64,000 nt of DNA from contig CAWIGG010000002.1 in assembly GCA_963835575.1 (NCBI GenBank), forward strand, positions 1,248,001 to 1,312,000. The letters run 5' to 3'. Position numbers and translations under genes: made by a program. Under the pieces are notes generated by a model. It was not told the DNA's origin. It made no database searches and was given only the letters and a program-made list of their open reading frames with translations. The stretch comes from an uncultured Spirochaetota bacterium (GTDB taxonomy: Bacteria > Spirochaetota > Brevinematia > Brevinematales > JAOACQ01). Positions 40,448 through 49,855 of this stretch are shown in pieces (within the stretch, counting starts at the first letter, position 1; each line of letters begins with the position of its first letter).

Positions 40448-41332
40448 TTAATTTACATGCCCCTCCAGATAGGAATGGATCTCTTTAAAAACCTTTGTTC
40501 TCAAAAGCCTGCTTTCTCCGCAAAGATCATGGTTGCCGCCTTCAATGTATGCTATTTCACTATTTTTAAATTTATCTTTTAAAAAAGGAATATTGTATTT
40601 CCAATCAACAACAATATCCTTATTTCCCTGGATGATTTTAATTTTTTCATCCGATTCCGGATAATTAACAATACTTTTATTCCACTCCATAAATGAACTG
40701 ACCCATCCCATCGGGATTATTTTGACCTGAAGCGGATCATCGCGTTTTATAAAATCCAAATATTCCTTATCCGAACTGGTCTTTCTGAAAAACCTCGGTA
40801 CAGACTTAATTAAAGGAACTAATAACTTATTTGCAGCTCGGAATAATGTCCAGAATTGGGTACGGATCAGGGGTGCCAGGAATACAGCCCCGGCAAAAGC
40901 GCTTTTATTTTGATAGAGGTATTCCAGGTAAGCGGAACATCCTGTGCTATGGCCGATAAAATATAAAGGTTTTTGAAAATGATCTGCAATAATGGATTGG
41001 ATTTGATTAATTATCCTGCCGTACAGCCCGAATGAATCAATGTCTCCCCGCCGGCCTTCTGAAAGGCCATGCCCGGGAAGGTCCATACAAATAACAGCGT
41101 ACTCTTTTCCTATCAGATATTCAATAAGATACCTGAAAATGCCTGAATGAACCATATATCCATGGACAAGAATAACTGTCCTTTTAATTTTAGCCGGTTG
41201 TAAAACATGAACAAATACTTTATAACGATCTATTTTAACATACCCGATATTATGATTAATACCATTTATATTAAGCTGATAATGTTTTAAATACTCTGTC
41301 AAATTCAAAGTTAAGATGGTTTTCCGTTTCAA
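40448..41332 (-). CDS. Alpha/beta hydrolase (lysophospholipase-like)
   Basis: VHGY, DLPGHG, GHSTG and catalytic D/H. The 5' end is uncertain. Confidence 0.8.
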   Translation of the reverse strand: MKRKTILTLNLTEYLKHYQLNINGINHNIGYVKIDRYKVFVHVLQPAKIKRTVILVHGYMVHSGIFRYLIEYLIGKEYAVICMDLPGHGLSEGRRGDIDSFGLYGRIINQIQSIIADHFQKPLYFIGHSTGCSAYLEYLYQNKSAFAGAVFLAPLIRTQFWTLFRAANKLLVPLIKSVPRFFRKTSSDKEYLDFIKRDDPLQVKIIPMGWVSSFMEWNKSIVNYPESDEKIKIIQGNKDIVVDWKYNIPFLKDKFKNSEIAYIEGGNHDLCGESRLLRTKVFKEIHSYLEGHVN

Positions 41333-41569
41333 ATCAAGCCTTTTTAATTCTTTCCTGATTTCCGGAATTGAATTGATGATTGATGCCTCCTGGCCGGAGC
41401 AGGCTAATAAGCTGTATTAATAAAATCATTATGATTTATGTGCCCTATTTCATTTCATAACAACAATTTCAAGATAATATAATATACACTATTTTTCTTA
41501 AATTGTCATTTATTTCCTTTATAGTTAAACAATATATTAAAACCTGGAAAGTGATTTCTTAATTAATTT

Positions 41570-41670
41570 TCACACAGAGACGCAAAGTTCTCAAAGGTCA
41601 GTAAATATGAGATTGTTTTCTTTGCGTTCGGCGCCTGTCCCGAGTCCAATTGAGGGACGCCTTTGCGTGA
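41570..41670. repeat. Intergenic inverted element with CGCAAAG-type arms and a small inserted palindrome
   Basis: TCACACAGAG-ACGCAAAG-TTCTCAAAG ... CTTTGCGT-[..GTCCC..GGGAC]-GCCTTTGCGTGA. Confidence 0.5.
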
Positions 41671-41712
41671 TATGAGCGATTTTTTTATCACTGATTACCA
41701 AAGCTCCCTCCG

Positions 41713-42798
41713 TTAAGTAAAAACAACCAGCTCTTTTATCTGCTGTTTGATTGAGTTCGGCGAGCATTTAGGATTATACCAGTTTGGGATTTTATTCAGA
41801 TAATAATAGGCATCCTGAAGTTCCTTTTTTTCTATCAGGCAGATTGAAAGATTATAGAGCGAGTCCGGCTTCTTTGAAATTTTAATGGCTTCCTCAAAAT
41901 TTTTAACGGCGCGCGACAGGTCTCTGAGTTGAAAAAACACGCACCCCAGGTTGTAGTAAGCCCTCTCAAAGAGAGGCGCCAATGATATGGCCTCTTCAAA
42001 AGCATCCACGGCTTTTAAATGTTTTCCTTCTGCAGAGTATATATTGCCCAGATTATAATAAAAAACCGGATTATGTTTAAAATGGACAATAAGCCTTTCC
42101 AGATATTCTCTTGATTCATTGATTTTTCCAGCCTTATAAAGCTCCCTGCTGAGAATATACATCAGCCGCAAATCGGAATGAGCGAGCTTTAAAAAGCTTT
42201 CATGGCTTATGATATCTTTAATATAATCAGCATTACCTGAATTCTGGCAAATTTCGATAAAATCAATATAAACATCGCCTACTGCCGGATATTCTTTTAA
42301 TAGAGATTTCCCCTGCAATAGAGAAAGGTGATGGCGCTCATAAAGAAAATCCATAAATACCGATGCCCTTTGCTCTTCCAGAGGAAGTTCATAGGTCAAT
42401 CCGAAAAACTTGATTTTCTGCTTGATCATCTGCTGAGCATCGACAATTTTTCCATAGCGATGCAATTCTTTGATGGCAAAGACCCTGAGAAAATAATTGT
42501 TTTCGGAGAGCATTTTGTAGAGAATGTCGGTCAATTCATCCAGTTCCCCGGTCATGAACTTATACCAGTAAAGCGTATACAAGGCAAAACCGCTTAAATC
42601 ACTGTTCGTTTGAACAATATGCGCAATGTCTTTATAATTGGATTTCATCAGATAGATATAGAGGAGATAATCGAGACTTTTATCGCATTTCTCTTCTTTA
42701 TAGGATTCTAAAAATAAATAGAGCGCTTCCTCATAACTGCTTTTGTTAAAGGACTCTTTCGCGCTGTAAAAAAAATCTTTTTTAAGAAAGTTTTCCAT
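41713..42798 (-). CDS. TPR protein
   Basis: YYNLGNIY, AYYNLGC and LYNLSIC TPR motifs. Confidence 0.8.
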   Translation of the reverse strand: MENFLKKDFFYSAKESFNKSSYEEALYLFLESYKEEKCDKSLDYLLYIYLMKSNYKDIAHIVQTNSDLSGFALYTLYWYKFMTGELDELTDILYKMLSENNYFLRVFAIKELHRYGKIVDAQQMIKQKIKFFGLTYELPLEEQRASVFMDFLYERHHLSLLQGKSLLKEYPAVGDVYIDFIEICQNSGNADYIKDIISHESFLKLAHSDLRLMYILSRELYKAGKINESREYLERLIVHFKHNPVFYYNLGNIYSAEGKHLKAVDAFEEAISLAPLFERAYYNLGCVFFQLRDLSRAVKNFEEAIKISKKPDSLYNLSICLIEKKELQDAYYYLNKIPNWYNPKCSPNSIKQQIKELVVFT

Positions 42799-42801
42799 AA
42801 T

Positions 42802-43911
42802 TTATAAATAACCCTGGATTAATATATCCTCTCCTATATTTTCGGAAGAAACATCCCTGACGTTAAGCGCATCGGCTATAGTTAAGTCATTCTTACTGTT
42901 TAAAAACGGGATACCGTCCCCTCCTAATATTTTCGGGGCAATAAACAGGACAAGCTTATCAGTAATTCTTTCTTTTAGGGCAAGAGAATAAACTCTGCTT
43001 CCTCCTTCAATCATTATAGATTCGATTTTTTTCTTTTCACCTAAATGGGCAATCACTTCTTTAAAATTAAAGTAATCTTTTCCTGATTGAGAATCCATAT
43101 GAGTATCAAATTCTATCCATTCTTTTTTAAATTTATCGCAAATTATCTTAAAATCCCTGTTATTTCCTTTTTTTATAATAAAAAATGTTCTGCCTTTATC
43201 CGCCATGACAAAAGAAGATTCAGTAGTTCTGCCATGCGGATCAAGGATAATCCTTAATGGATCTTTTAACTTACTCACCATACGGACATTCAGTTCCGGA
43301 TTATCTTTTAATACAGTGCCGGCTCCGACTAGAACAGCATCAACCCTATTTCTCATTTTATGAACATAACGGCGGCTTTCCTCGCAGCTGATCCATTTTG
43401 AATTTCCATATTTATCCGCAATATAACCATCCAGAGTCATTGCGCATTTTAAATAAACAAAAGGAAGACCTGTCTGTATATATTTAAAAAAATCTTCATT
43501 AAGTTTTTGTATTTCTTTATGATAATCATCCAATATTATCACTTCAATACCGGCCTTCCTCAGTTCCATAATGCCTTTTCCATTTATTTCAGGATTCTGG
43601 TCTATCATACCCACATATACCTTCTTTATTCCGGCTATTATAATTTCTCCGGCGCATGATGCTGTTTTTTTATCAGTGTAATTAATGCAGGGTTCTAATG
43701 TAACATATAATTCACCACCTTTTGCCTCATTTCCAGCTTCTTTAAGTGCTATTTTTTCAGCATGATCAGATCCGGCTTTCTGTGTCGCCCCTTCTCCGAT
43801 AATCCTGCCGCTTTTAACAATCAGGCATCCGACAGCCGGATTTGGAGAAGTTGTACCTTTAACCGATTCCGCCAATTCCACCGCTCTTAAAAAATATTTT
43901 TTAAAATTCAT
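42802..43911 (-). CDS. ribD: Riboflavin biosynthesis deaminase/reductase
   Basis: PNPAVG, HAE, YVTLEPC, TLDG and IEGG motifs. Confidence 0.93.
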   Translation of the reverse strand: MNFKKYFLRAVELAESVKGTTSPNPAVGCLIVKSGRIIGEGATQKAGSDHAEKIALKEAGNEAKGGELYVTLEPCINYTDKKTASCAGEIIIAGIKKVYVGMIDQNPEINGKGIMELRKAGIEVIILDDYHKEIQKLNEDFFKYIQTGLPFVYLKCAMTLDGYIADKYGNSKWISCEESRRYVHKMRNRVDAVLVGAGTVLKDNPELNVRMVSKLKDPLRIILDPHGRTTESSFVMADKGRTFFIIKKGNNRDFKIICDKFKKEWIEFDTHMDSQSGKDYFNFKEVIAHLGEKKKIESIMIEGGSRVYSLALKERITDKLVLFIAPKILGGDGIPFLNSKNDLTIADALNVRDVSSENIGEDILIQGYL

Positions 43912-44295
43912 GAAAAACTCCAAATTTTCTTCCGATGAATAAAGCACAGGTTGTGCATTAATGTGCTAAACTTTTAAGTATTCCCGGTAATTTTTTTAAC
44001 TTATTTATCTTTAACCATTTAAGTTCTTTTTTTAGAGAACTTTCATCCGGCGGCTTAAAAGACAAACCTATATGTGATGAATTCGTAATAAGATAGAGAT
44101 GTAAGGAAATGCTATGAAACACATACATAATTCAAGCTCCCGAAAATCAGCTTCTTGTGCAAAAAGCTAAGTCTATTAATTGCTGTCCTTACAAGCAATT
44201 GTTTTTTTTATTGAATTCTATTGACAGATTAATATATAATAAATCCAGAATTTTTTCAATGAAAAACAAATCTATTAATAGGGGGAGGGTTTAAT
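43912..44295. other. AT-rich divergent intergenic region upstream of dnaA; candidate oriC part
   Basis: Adjacent to dnaA; clustered GCACA/TGTGC 9-mers; no canonical TTATCCACA seen. Confidence 0.35.
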
Positions 44296-45624
44296 ATGGA
44301 AATCTGGAGCAAAATCTATAATGAATTAACAAAAAGCTTTGATTCGTCTCTTAATACTGCCATACTTGATAAAATCAAGTTTAAAGAAATCCAGAATAAC
44401 GACACAATAGTACTTGTCGCGCCTGATCCTTTGACCTCGGGCTGGTTCAGCGATAATTACCTTGATCAGGCAAAAAGTCTTTCTAAAAGTTTATTTGATA
44501 AAGAATACCGTTTTCATATTGAAATAGCCTATTCAGACCAGTCTTATCAGAATATTACAGTAAAAAGCAGTAAAAAGCAAGCAGAAAAATCGGGTTTTTC
44601 ATACCTCAATCCAAAATATACTTTTGACAGGTTTATTGTCGGTCCCAACAATGATTTTGCTCATGCGGCTGCTGAACAGGTGGCAAACAATCCGGCCAGG
44701 TCATATAATCCTCTTTTTATTTACGGCAACGCGGCTCTCGGCAAAACCCATCTTCTTCAGGCAACAGCCCATAAAATCATTAAAGAGAAACCGGAATTGA
44801 ACGTTTTTTATACGACCAGCGAGAATTTTACAAATGAGTTCGTCGAATCGATAAAAAACGGAGAGACAAATAAATTCAGGAAAAAATACAGAAGCTTCGA
44901 TGTCCTCCTTGTAGACGACATTCAATTCTTTCAGCAGAAAGAAAGCACTCTCGAAGAATTATTCCATACTTTCAATGAACTTTTTCATGAAAGAAAACAG
45001 CTTATCTTTGCCTGTGACAGGCCGGCAAAAAGCTTATCTGCGATTGAAGACCGTCTGCGGACGCGTTTTGATTCAGGACTCAGCGTTAAAATTGAAGCAC
45101 CAAATTATGAAACCAGAAAAGCGATTCTCCTCTCGAAAGCTGCCGAAGAGAAAGTCTATATTCCTGTTGAAGCAATTGACTATATCGCCCAGAACGTTGA
45201 AAACGACATACGTCTTCTCGAAGGCTCGCTCACTAAAATCATCGCCTACTCAAGCCTGAAAAAGAAAGAGGTGTCTCTGGAACTGGCAAAGGAAATATTG
45301 AGAGATAAAATCAAAATGGATGTGCCGAAAAATATTACCATATCCGATATCCAGCGTGTTGTCTCAAAATATTTTAATATTACCGTTAACGATATAAAAT
45401 CAGACAGAAGGCTGGAAAACATTACATACGCCAGGCAGATTGCTATGTACCTGGCTAAAGAGCATACGAACCATTCATTAACGGAAATCGGCAACTTTTT
45501 CGGTAATAAAGCCCATACGACCGTGATGCGCTCGGCCGATAAAGTTATGAATCTGATTAAAAACCGTAAGAAGACAAAAAAAGAGATCGAAGATATCATC
45601 TCTGAGTTCTATAATACAAAATAA
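44296..45624 (+). CDS. dnaA: Chromosomal replication initiator DnaA
   Basis: LNPKYTFDRF, YNPLFIYG..LGKTHL, DDIQF, FHTFN, RQIAMYL and HTTV motifs. Confidence 0.96.
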   Translation: MEIWSKIYNELTKSFDSSLNTAILDKIKFKEIQNNDTIVLVAPDPLTSGWFSDNYLDQAKSLSKSLFDKEYRFHIEIAYSDQSYQNITVKSSKKQAEKSGFSYLNPKYTFDRFIVGPNNDFAHAAAEQVANNPARSYNPLFIYGNAALGKTHLLQATAHKIIKEKPELNVFYTTSENFTNEFVESIKNGETNKFRKKYRSFDVLLVDDIQFFQQKESTLEELFHTFNELFHERKQLIFACDRPAKSLSAIEDRLRTRFDSGLSVKIEAPNYETRKAILLSKAAEEKVYIPVEAIDYIAQNVENDIRLLEGSLTKIIAYSSLKKKEVSLELAKEILRDKIKMDVPKNITISDIQRVVSKYFNITVNDIKSDRRLENITYARQIAMYLAKEHTNHSLTEIGNFFGNKAHTTVMRSADKVMNLIKNRKKTKKEIEDIISEFYNTK

Positions 45625-45871
45625 AACTCATTCATCATTTTTACTTATTTTGACTCAAATCATTTGCATCTAAACAATTTCAATATCTTATCATTTCTTT
45701 CTGTTCCAATTAGTTATCTTATTGTATGTCATTTATATGTTAAATATGTTTATCTAATATTTAACATATATCTAATAATATTTAACAATATTTAAGTATT
45801 AAGGTTAGTATGAAAATTTATTAAAATAATCTCTTAATTTATCTGAATAAACAGCAATAAAGGAGAAAGAT
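45625..45871. other. Very AT-rich region downstream of dnaA; candidate oriC/DUE
   Basis: TATTTAACA x3 (45738-46 reverse, 45758-66, 45779-87) and a 14-bp IR at 45734-45770. Confidence 0.35.
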
Positions 45872-47404
45872 ATGGTCAGTAAACTTTTTTCCATCTCTTT
45901 TTACGGCCTTAAAACCATTCCGATAGAAATTGAAGTAGACATTCAGACAAAAGTCATGAGTTTTGAAATTGTTGGAATGGTTGAGACTGCCGTAAAAGAA
46001 TCCACAAAAAGAATAGAAACAGCAATTCAAAATTCCGGATTCCATTATCCCGGTAAAAGGATCATTGTAAATCTTGCCCCGGCTGGAATTAAAAAAGTCG
46101 GGACCCTTTTTGACCTGGCAATTGCCGTCGGCATACTTAATGAGCAGTATTCATTTCAGGATCTCGATCAATATGTCATAGTCGGTGAATTATCACTGGA
46201 CGGCCAGATAAGACCGGTCGCCGGAGCGCTTCCTATAGCTTTGAAAGCAAAACAGCTGGGATTTAAAAAAATTCTCTGCCCGTATAAGAACGCTCCGGAA
46301 ATGGCTATTATTGAATCAATTGAAATCATCCCAGTCTCATCATTACTGGAAACGGTTAATTTTCTTTCCGGAAAACTAAACATTTCATCCTTTCCACACA
46401 AGGCACTTAATGATTCCGGTAATAATGGCGAATTTAATAATAACAATTCATCAATCGATATGTCAGATATAAAAGGGCAGGAATCGGCTAAAAGAGCTCT
46501 TGAAATCTGTTCCGCAGGAGGGCATAATGCACTGATGATAGGCCCTCCGGGAACAGGAAAAACTATGCTTGCGAAGAGAATCCCCACCATCCTTCCTGAA
46601 ATGACGCTGGATGAAGCTCTTGAGACAACAATGATATACAGTGTGGCCGGAATGGTTAATCAGGAAAAGCCTCTCATCATTGAAAGGCCTTTCAGGACTC
46701 CGCATCATACTGCATCGGATATTTCAGTCATAGGCGGAGGTAAATTTCCAAAACCCGGCGAGGTGAGTCTGGCCCATAACGGCGTTCTCTTCCTTGATGA
46801 ATTTCAGCTTTTTAAAAGCAATGTCCTGCAGGTACTGCGTCAACCTCTTGAAGATAGAAAAGTTACCATATCAAGGGCAGAAGGATCAGTTGAATTCCCT
46901 GGCAATTTCATACTTATCGCAGCGCTCAATCCTTCAAAAAAGAATACTGATATAGACCAATGGGACCAGCAGGATATCAGTACAATTTTAAAAAAAATTT
47001 CCGGACCGCTTCTGGACCGGATTGATGTCCAGATCCAGGTATCCCGGATTAAATATGAACAAATCCAATTAAAAGCTCCATCAGAATCATCCCTTAATAT
47101 TAGAAACCGCGTCATTAGAACAAGGAAAATACAGTATGACCGCCTTAAAAAATTCGGGCTTTATACAAATTCTCAGATGTCTCATAAACAGATTGAAGAA
47201 TTCTGTCCATTAACAAGCTCTGGTGAAAGTATCTTAAAACTGGCCATGGAAAAATTCATGCTGAGCATCAGGGTTTATGATAAAATATTAAAAATTGCCA
47301 GGACAATCGCTGATCTCGAAGAAAAAAAAGATATAGCGGATTATCACATTAGCGAGGCGCTTCAATACCGGATACTTGACAGGATACTGAATTTTATTAA
47401 TTAA
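45872..47404 (+). CDS. comM: YifB/ComM Mg-chelatase-like AAA+ ATPase
   Basis: VNLAPA, GELSLDG, GPPGTGKT, PFRTPHH, GEVSLAHNGVLFLDE and SGPLLDRID motifs. Confidence 0.9.
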   Translation: MVSKLFSISFYGLKTIPIEIEVDIQTKVMSFEIVGMVETAVKESTKRIETAIQNSGFHYPGKRIIVNLAPAGIKKVGTLFDLAIAVGILNEQYSFQDLDQYVIVGELSLDGQIRPVAGALPIALKAKQLGFKKILCPYKNAPEMAIIESIEIIPVSSLLETVNFLSGKLNISSFPHKALNDSGNNGEFNNNNSSIDMSDIKGQESAKRALEICSAGGHNALMIGPPGTGKTMLAKRIPTILPEMTLDEALETTMIYSVAGMVNQEKPLIIERPFRTPHHTASDISVIGGGKFPKPGEVSLAHNGVLFLDEFQLFKSNVLQVLRQPLEDRKVTISRAEGSVEFPGNFILIAALNPSKKNTDIDQWDQQDISTILKKISGPLLDRIDVQIQVSRIKYEQIQLKAPSESSLNIRNRVIRTRKIQYDRLKKFGLYTNSQMSHKQIEEFCPLTSSGESILKLAMEKFMLSIRVYDKILKIARTIADLEEKKDIADYHISEALQYRILDRILNFIN

Positions 47405-47488
47405 GGTCTTTTTAATAAATTATAAATAATTATTAAATAAAAGTTTTTAGAAATATCTAAAGTATTAAAGTTATTAGAAAATTATTCC

Positions 47489-48884
47489 GAGTTTTTGTCA
47501 AATGTTGTGTATGACATACCCTCTCATTTTTTTATGCTGCCTTTTTTACAAGCTCTCCGTTCTCAAAAACAGCGCCTTCCAATACAAGGCTAATCTTTTC
47601 ATAACCTCTTAATTTTCTCCATCGCCTGGATGCCTTATCCAGTAATTTATAGACCATTATTAGAATCGTTTCCCTGGTTCCGCAGCCTCTCATCTTTTTA
47701 GTTCTTAATCGAACTGTAGAGAAGGTAGATTCTATTACGTTTGTCGTACGGATATGTACCCAATGTTCCGCCGGACAGTTATAAAATTCGATCATAAGCT
47801 CCCAATCCTTTTCTAAACATTCGACAGCTGCTGGATATTTAGGATTAAAAACCGCCTGGAATAATTCAAAAGCTTTGATAGCATTATCCTTATCAGGAGC
47901 ATTGCATATCTCATGAAGCATCTCTTTTGCCTTTGACTGTAATACTTTGGGCAGCTTGTTTAGAATGTTCTTTATCTTATGAACCCAGCATCTCTGCCAT
48001 CTGGATTCAGGATATACTTCTTTGGCTGCTTTCCAGAATCCAAGGCTTCCGTCTCCGATAAAAAGAATAGGACCTTTCAAACCTTTTTCTTTTAGGTTTC
48101 TTAATATCCCTAACCAAGTCTCGGAATTCTCTCTGTAACCTTCTTCAACAAGAATAATCTCCTTTTCACCATTCTCATTGGCTCCGATCATTACAAGAGT
48201 GCATAAACGGTCTTCGCTGCCCTGTACATTGAAGTAAATGCCGTCAACCCATATATAGCAATACTTTTTATCGCTTAAATCGGATGTCCGCCACTCATCA
48301 TATTCTTTACCCCATCCTTGTTTCATTCTGCTTATACTTGAGGCTGATAATCCTTTCGCTTCTTCACCAAGCAATCCTCTCAAGGCATTCTCCATATCCA
48401 TCTCTGAGACTCCATAGAGATACAACAATGGAATGGCTTCCTCAATTCTCAGGCTTTTTCTCATATACGGCGGTACTATTAGGCTTTGAAAATTGTCGCC
48501 TCCGAGTCGGTTCCTTGTTCTCGGAATACATACATCAATAGCCCCTCCACCAATGAGAATCTGACGGGCTTTATGATACCCATTTCTTACTATTGCCTTT
48601 CTCCCGTCTTCGATAGTTAAATGCTCTCTCTCCTGAAGAAACCCATTAATTTCATCTTCCAGAGCCTTCTTGATTATTTCCCTGGCCCCGATCCTTGCCA
48701 ATTCTTCAAGACATAAAAATTCTACTGTTTCATCTTGATTAAAAGCCTGTAAGAGCTTAAAATCTTCGTTGTGCTTCGGCATATGGCGTATTCCTCCTTT
48801 TGTTTATTGTCGTAAATAAATTATAGAGGGTACGCCATCTTTTTTATAATATTTATTCCTATACACAACTTTCTATTATAACTC
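47489..48884 (-). mobile_element. IS256-family insertion sequence, copy 2 (1396 bp)
   Basis: Same ends as copy 1; 9-bp TSD AATTATTCC at 47480-47488 and 48885-48893. Confidence 0.95.
47532..48782 (-). CDS. IS256-family transposase
   Basis: Differs from 649-1899 by two residues (E12Q, C398S). Confidence 0.95.
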   Translation of the reverse strand: MPKHNEDFKLLQAFNQDETVEFLCLEELARIGAREIIKKALEDEINGFLQEREHLTIEDGRKAIVRNGYHKARQILIGGGAIDVCIPRTRNRLGGDNFQSLIVPPYMRKSLRIEEAIPLLYLYGVSEMDMENALRGLLGEEAKGLSASSISRMKQGWGKEYDEWRTSDLSDKKYCYIWVDGIYFNVQGSEDRLCTLVMIGANENGEKEIILVEEGYRENSETWLGILRNLKEKGLKGPILFIGDGSLGFWKAAKEVYPESRWQRCWVHKIKNILNKLPKVLQSKAKEMLHEICNAPDKDNAIKAFELFQAVFNPKYPAAVECLEKDWELMIEFYNCPAEHWVHIRTTNVIESTFSTVRLRTKKMRGCGTRETILIMVYKLLDKASRRWRKLRGYEKISLVLEGAVFENGELVKKAA

Positions 48885-48938
48885 AATTATTCCTGAATTT
48901 TCAGTTATTTATTTTGGTTTTTAGAAATGCGCTCAAAT

Positions 48939-48967
48939 TTGACTTAAATGTAAATCCTGATTAAAAT
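48939..48967 (+). promoter_or_regulatory. Sigma70-type promoter for the tRNA
   Basis: TTGACT-N17-TAAAAT, 15 bp before the tRNA. Confidence 0.65.
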
Positions 48968-48982
48968 ACATGAGCTTTTTTA

Positions 48983-49056
48983 GGGCCCATAGCTCAGCCG
49001 GTTAGAGCAACTGACTCATAATCAGTGGGTCCCTGGTTCGAGCCCAGGTGGGCCCA
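48983..49056 (+). tRNA. tRNA with CAT anticodon, most likely tRNA-Ile2 (lysidine-modified); elongator Met not excluded
   Basis: Full cloverleaf GGGCCCA/TGGGCCC, anticodon loop CTCATAA, TTCGA T-loop, A73. The C-rich acceptor stem resembles Ile2. CCA is not encoded. Confidence 0.9.
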
Positions 49057-49113
49057 AATCTAGTTTTAATTTTTAAATCAGTTATCACATCTTTTCTAAT
49101 CAAGGAGATAAAA

Positions 49114-49851
49114 ATGGAAAATATCGGCAGGATAAAGAATCTGGTCCAGTTGCAAGTCCTTTTCAACAGAGAAAAGGAAATCAGAAACCTCTATGCTGAA
49201 GAAGAAAAGAAGATGGATAAAGTGAAATTGGAAAATGAATCTCTTCTTGTTACAGAAAATGAGATTAAAATGAATATCAATGAAATGGAAAAGAAGATTA
49301 ATGAAGAACTGGGGAAAAGAGATGAGATTAATAAAAGAATAAATAGTCTTGATGAGGGAAAAGATAAAATAAAAATAGCCCGTCAGATCAAATCCTGGGA
49401 AAAGGAGATGGAAAAGCAGCAGCAGGAACAGAGCCTTATTCAGGCTCAAATAGATTATGACACAACAAAACAGCTGGAAATGAAAACCGAATTGGAAAAG
49501 ATTGTAACCAAAAGTGAAGAAAATATTAAAAAAATTGCAGAGCTGGAAGAACACATCAACTCAATCAAGAAAGAATATAAAAAAGAACTGGATAAAACCC
49601 AGAAAGACCAGAATAAGTTGAGAATTGATTTTGATCTTCAATTCATCGAATATTACGAATCCCTTCTGAAAAAGACAAAAGGGACGGCTATAGTCGAAGT
49701 TGAACAGGATGCTTGTTCAGGCTGTTATACCGTTCTTCCTACTAATCTGCAGGGCGAACTGGGTGAAGACCTTCCATCGGAGAACATTGATCTTTATCAG
49801 TGTCCTCATTGTTTCCGCTATCTTTATTATAAGGTATGGCTGGAAAGATAA
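49114..49851 (+). CDS. Coiled-coil protein with C4-type zinc ribbon (DUF164-like)
   Basis: Long coiled coil, then CSGC...CPHCFRYL; AAGGAG RBS before ATG 49114. Confidence 0.8.
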   Translation: MENIGRIKNLVQLQVLFNREKEIRNLYAEEEKKMDKVKLENESLLVTENEIKMNINEMEKKINEELGKRDEINKRINSLDEGKDKIKIARQIKSWEKEMEKQQQEQSLIQAQIDYDTTKQLEMKTELEKIVTKSEENIKKIAELEEHINSIKKEYKKELDKTQKDQNKLRIDFDLQFIEYYESLLKKTKGTAIVEVEQDACSGCYTVLPTNLQGELGEDLPSENIDLYQCPHCFRYLYYKVWLER

Positions 49852-49855
49852 TCTT

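Noticed and set aside
40402..44295. SAM/B12 riboswitch before metH or FMN riboswitch before ribD
   Set aside because: The leaders are short or AT-rich and lack the conserved aptamer motifs.
47405..47501. IS256 disrupting or silencing comM
   Set aside because: The insertion is 84 bp downstream of the stop. The possible antisense hybrid promoter has a poor -10 (TCTAAT).
547..48884. Composite transposon bounded by the two IS256 copies
   Set aside because: Each copy has its own distinct TSD, and the interior is core genome.
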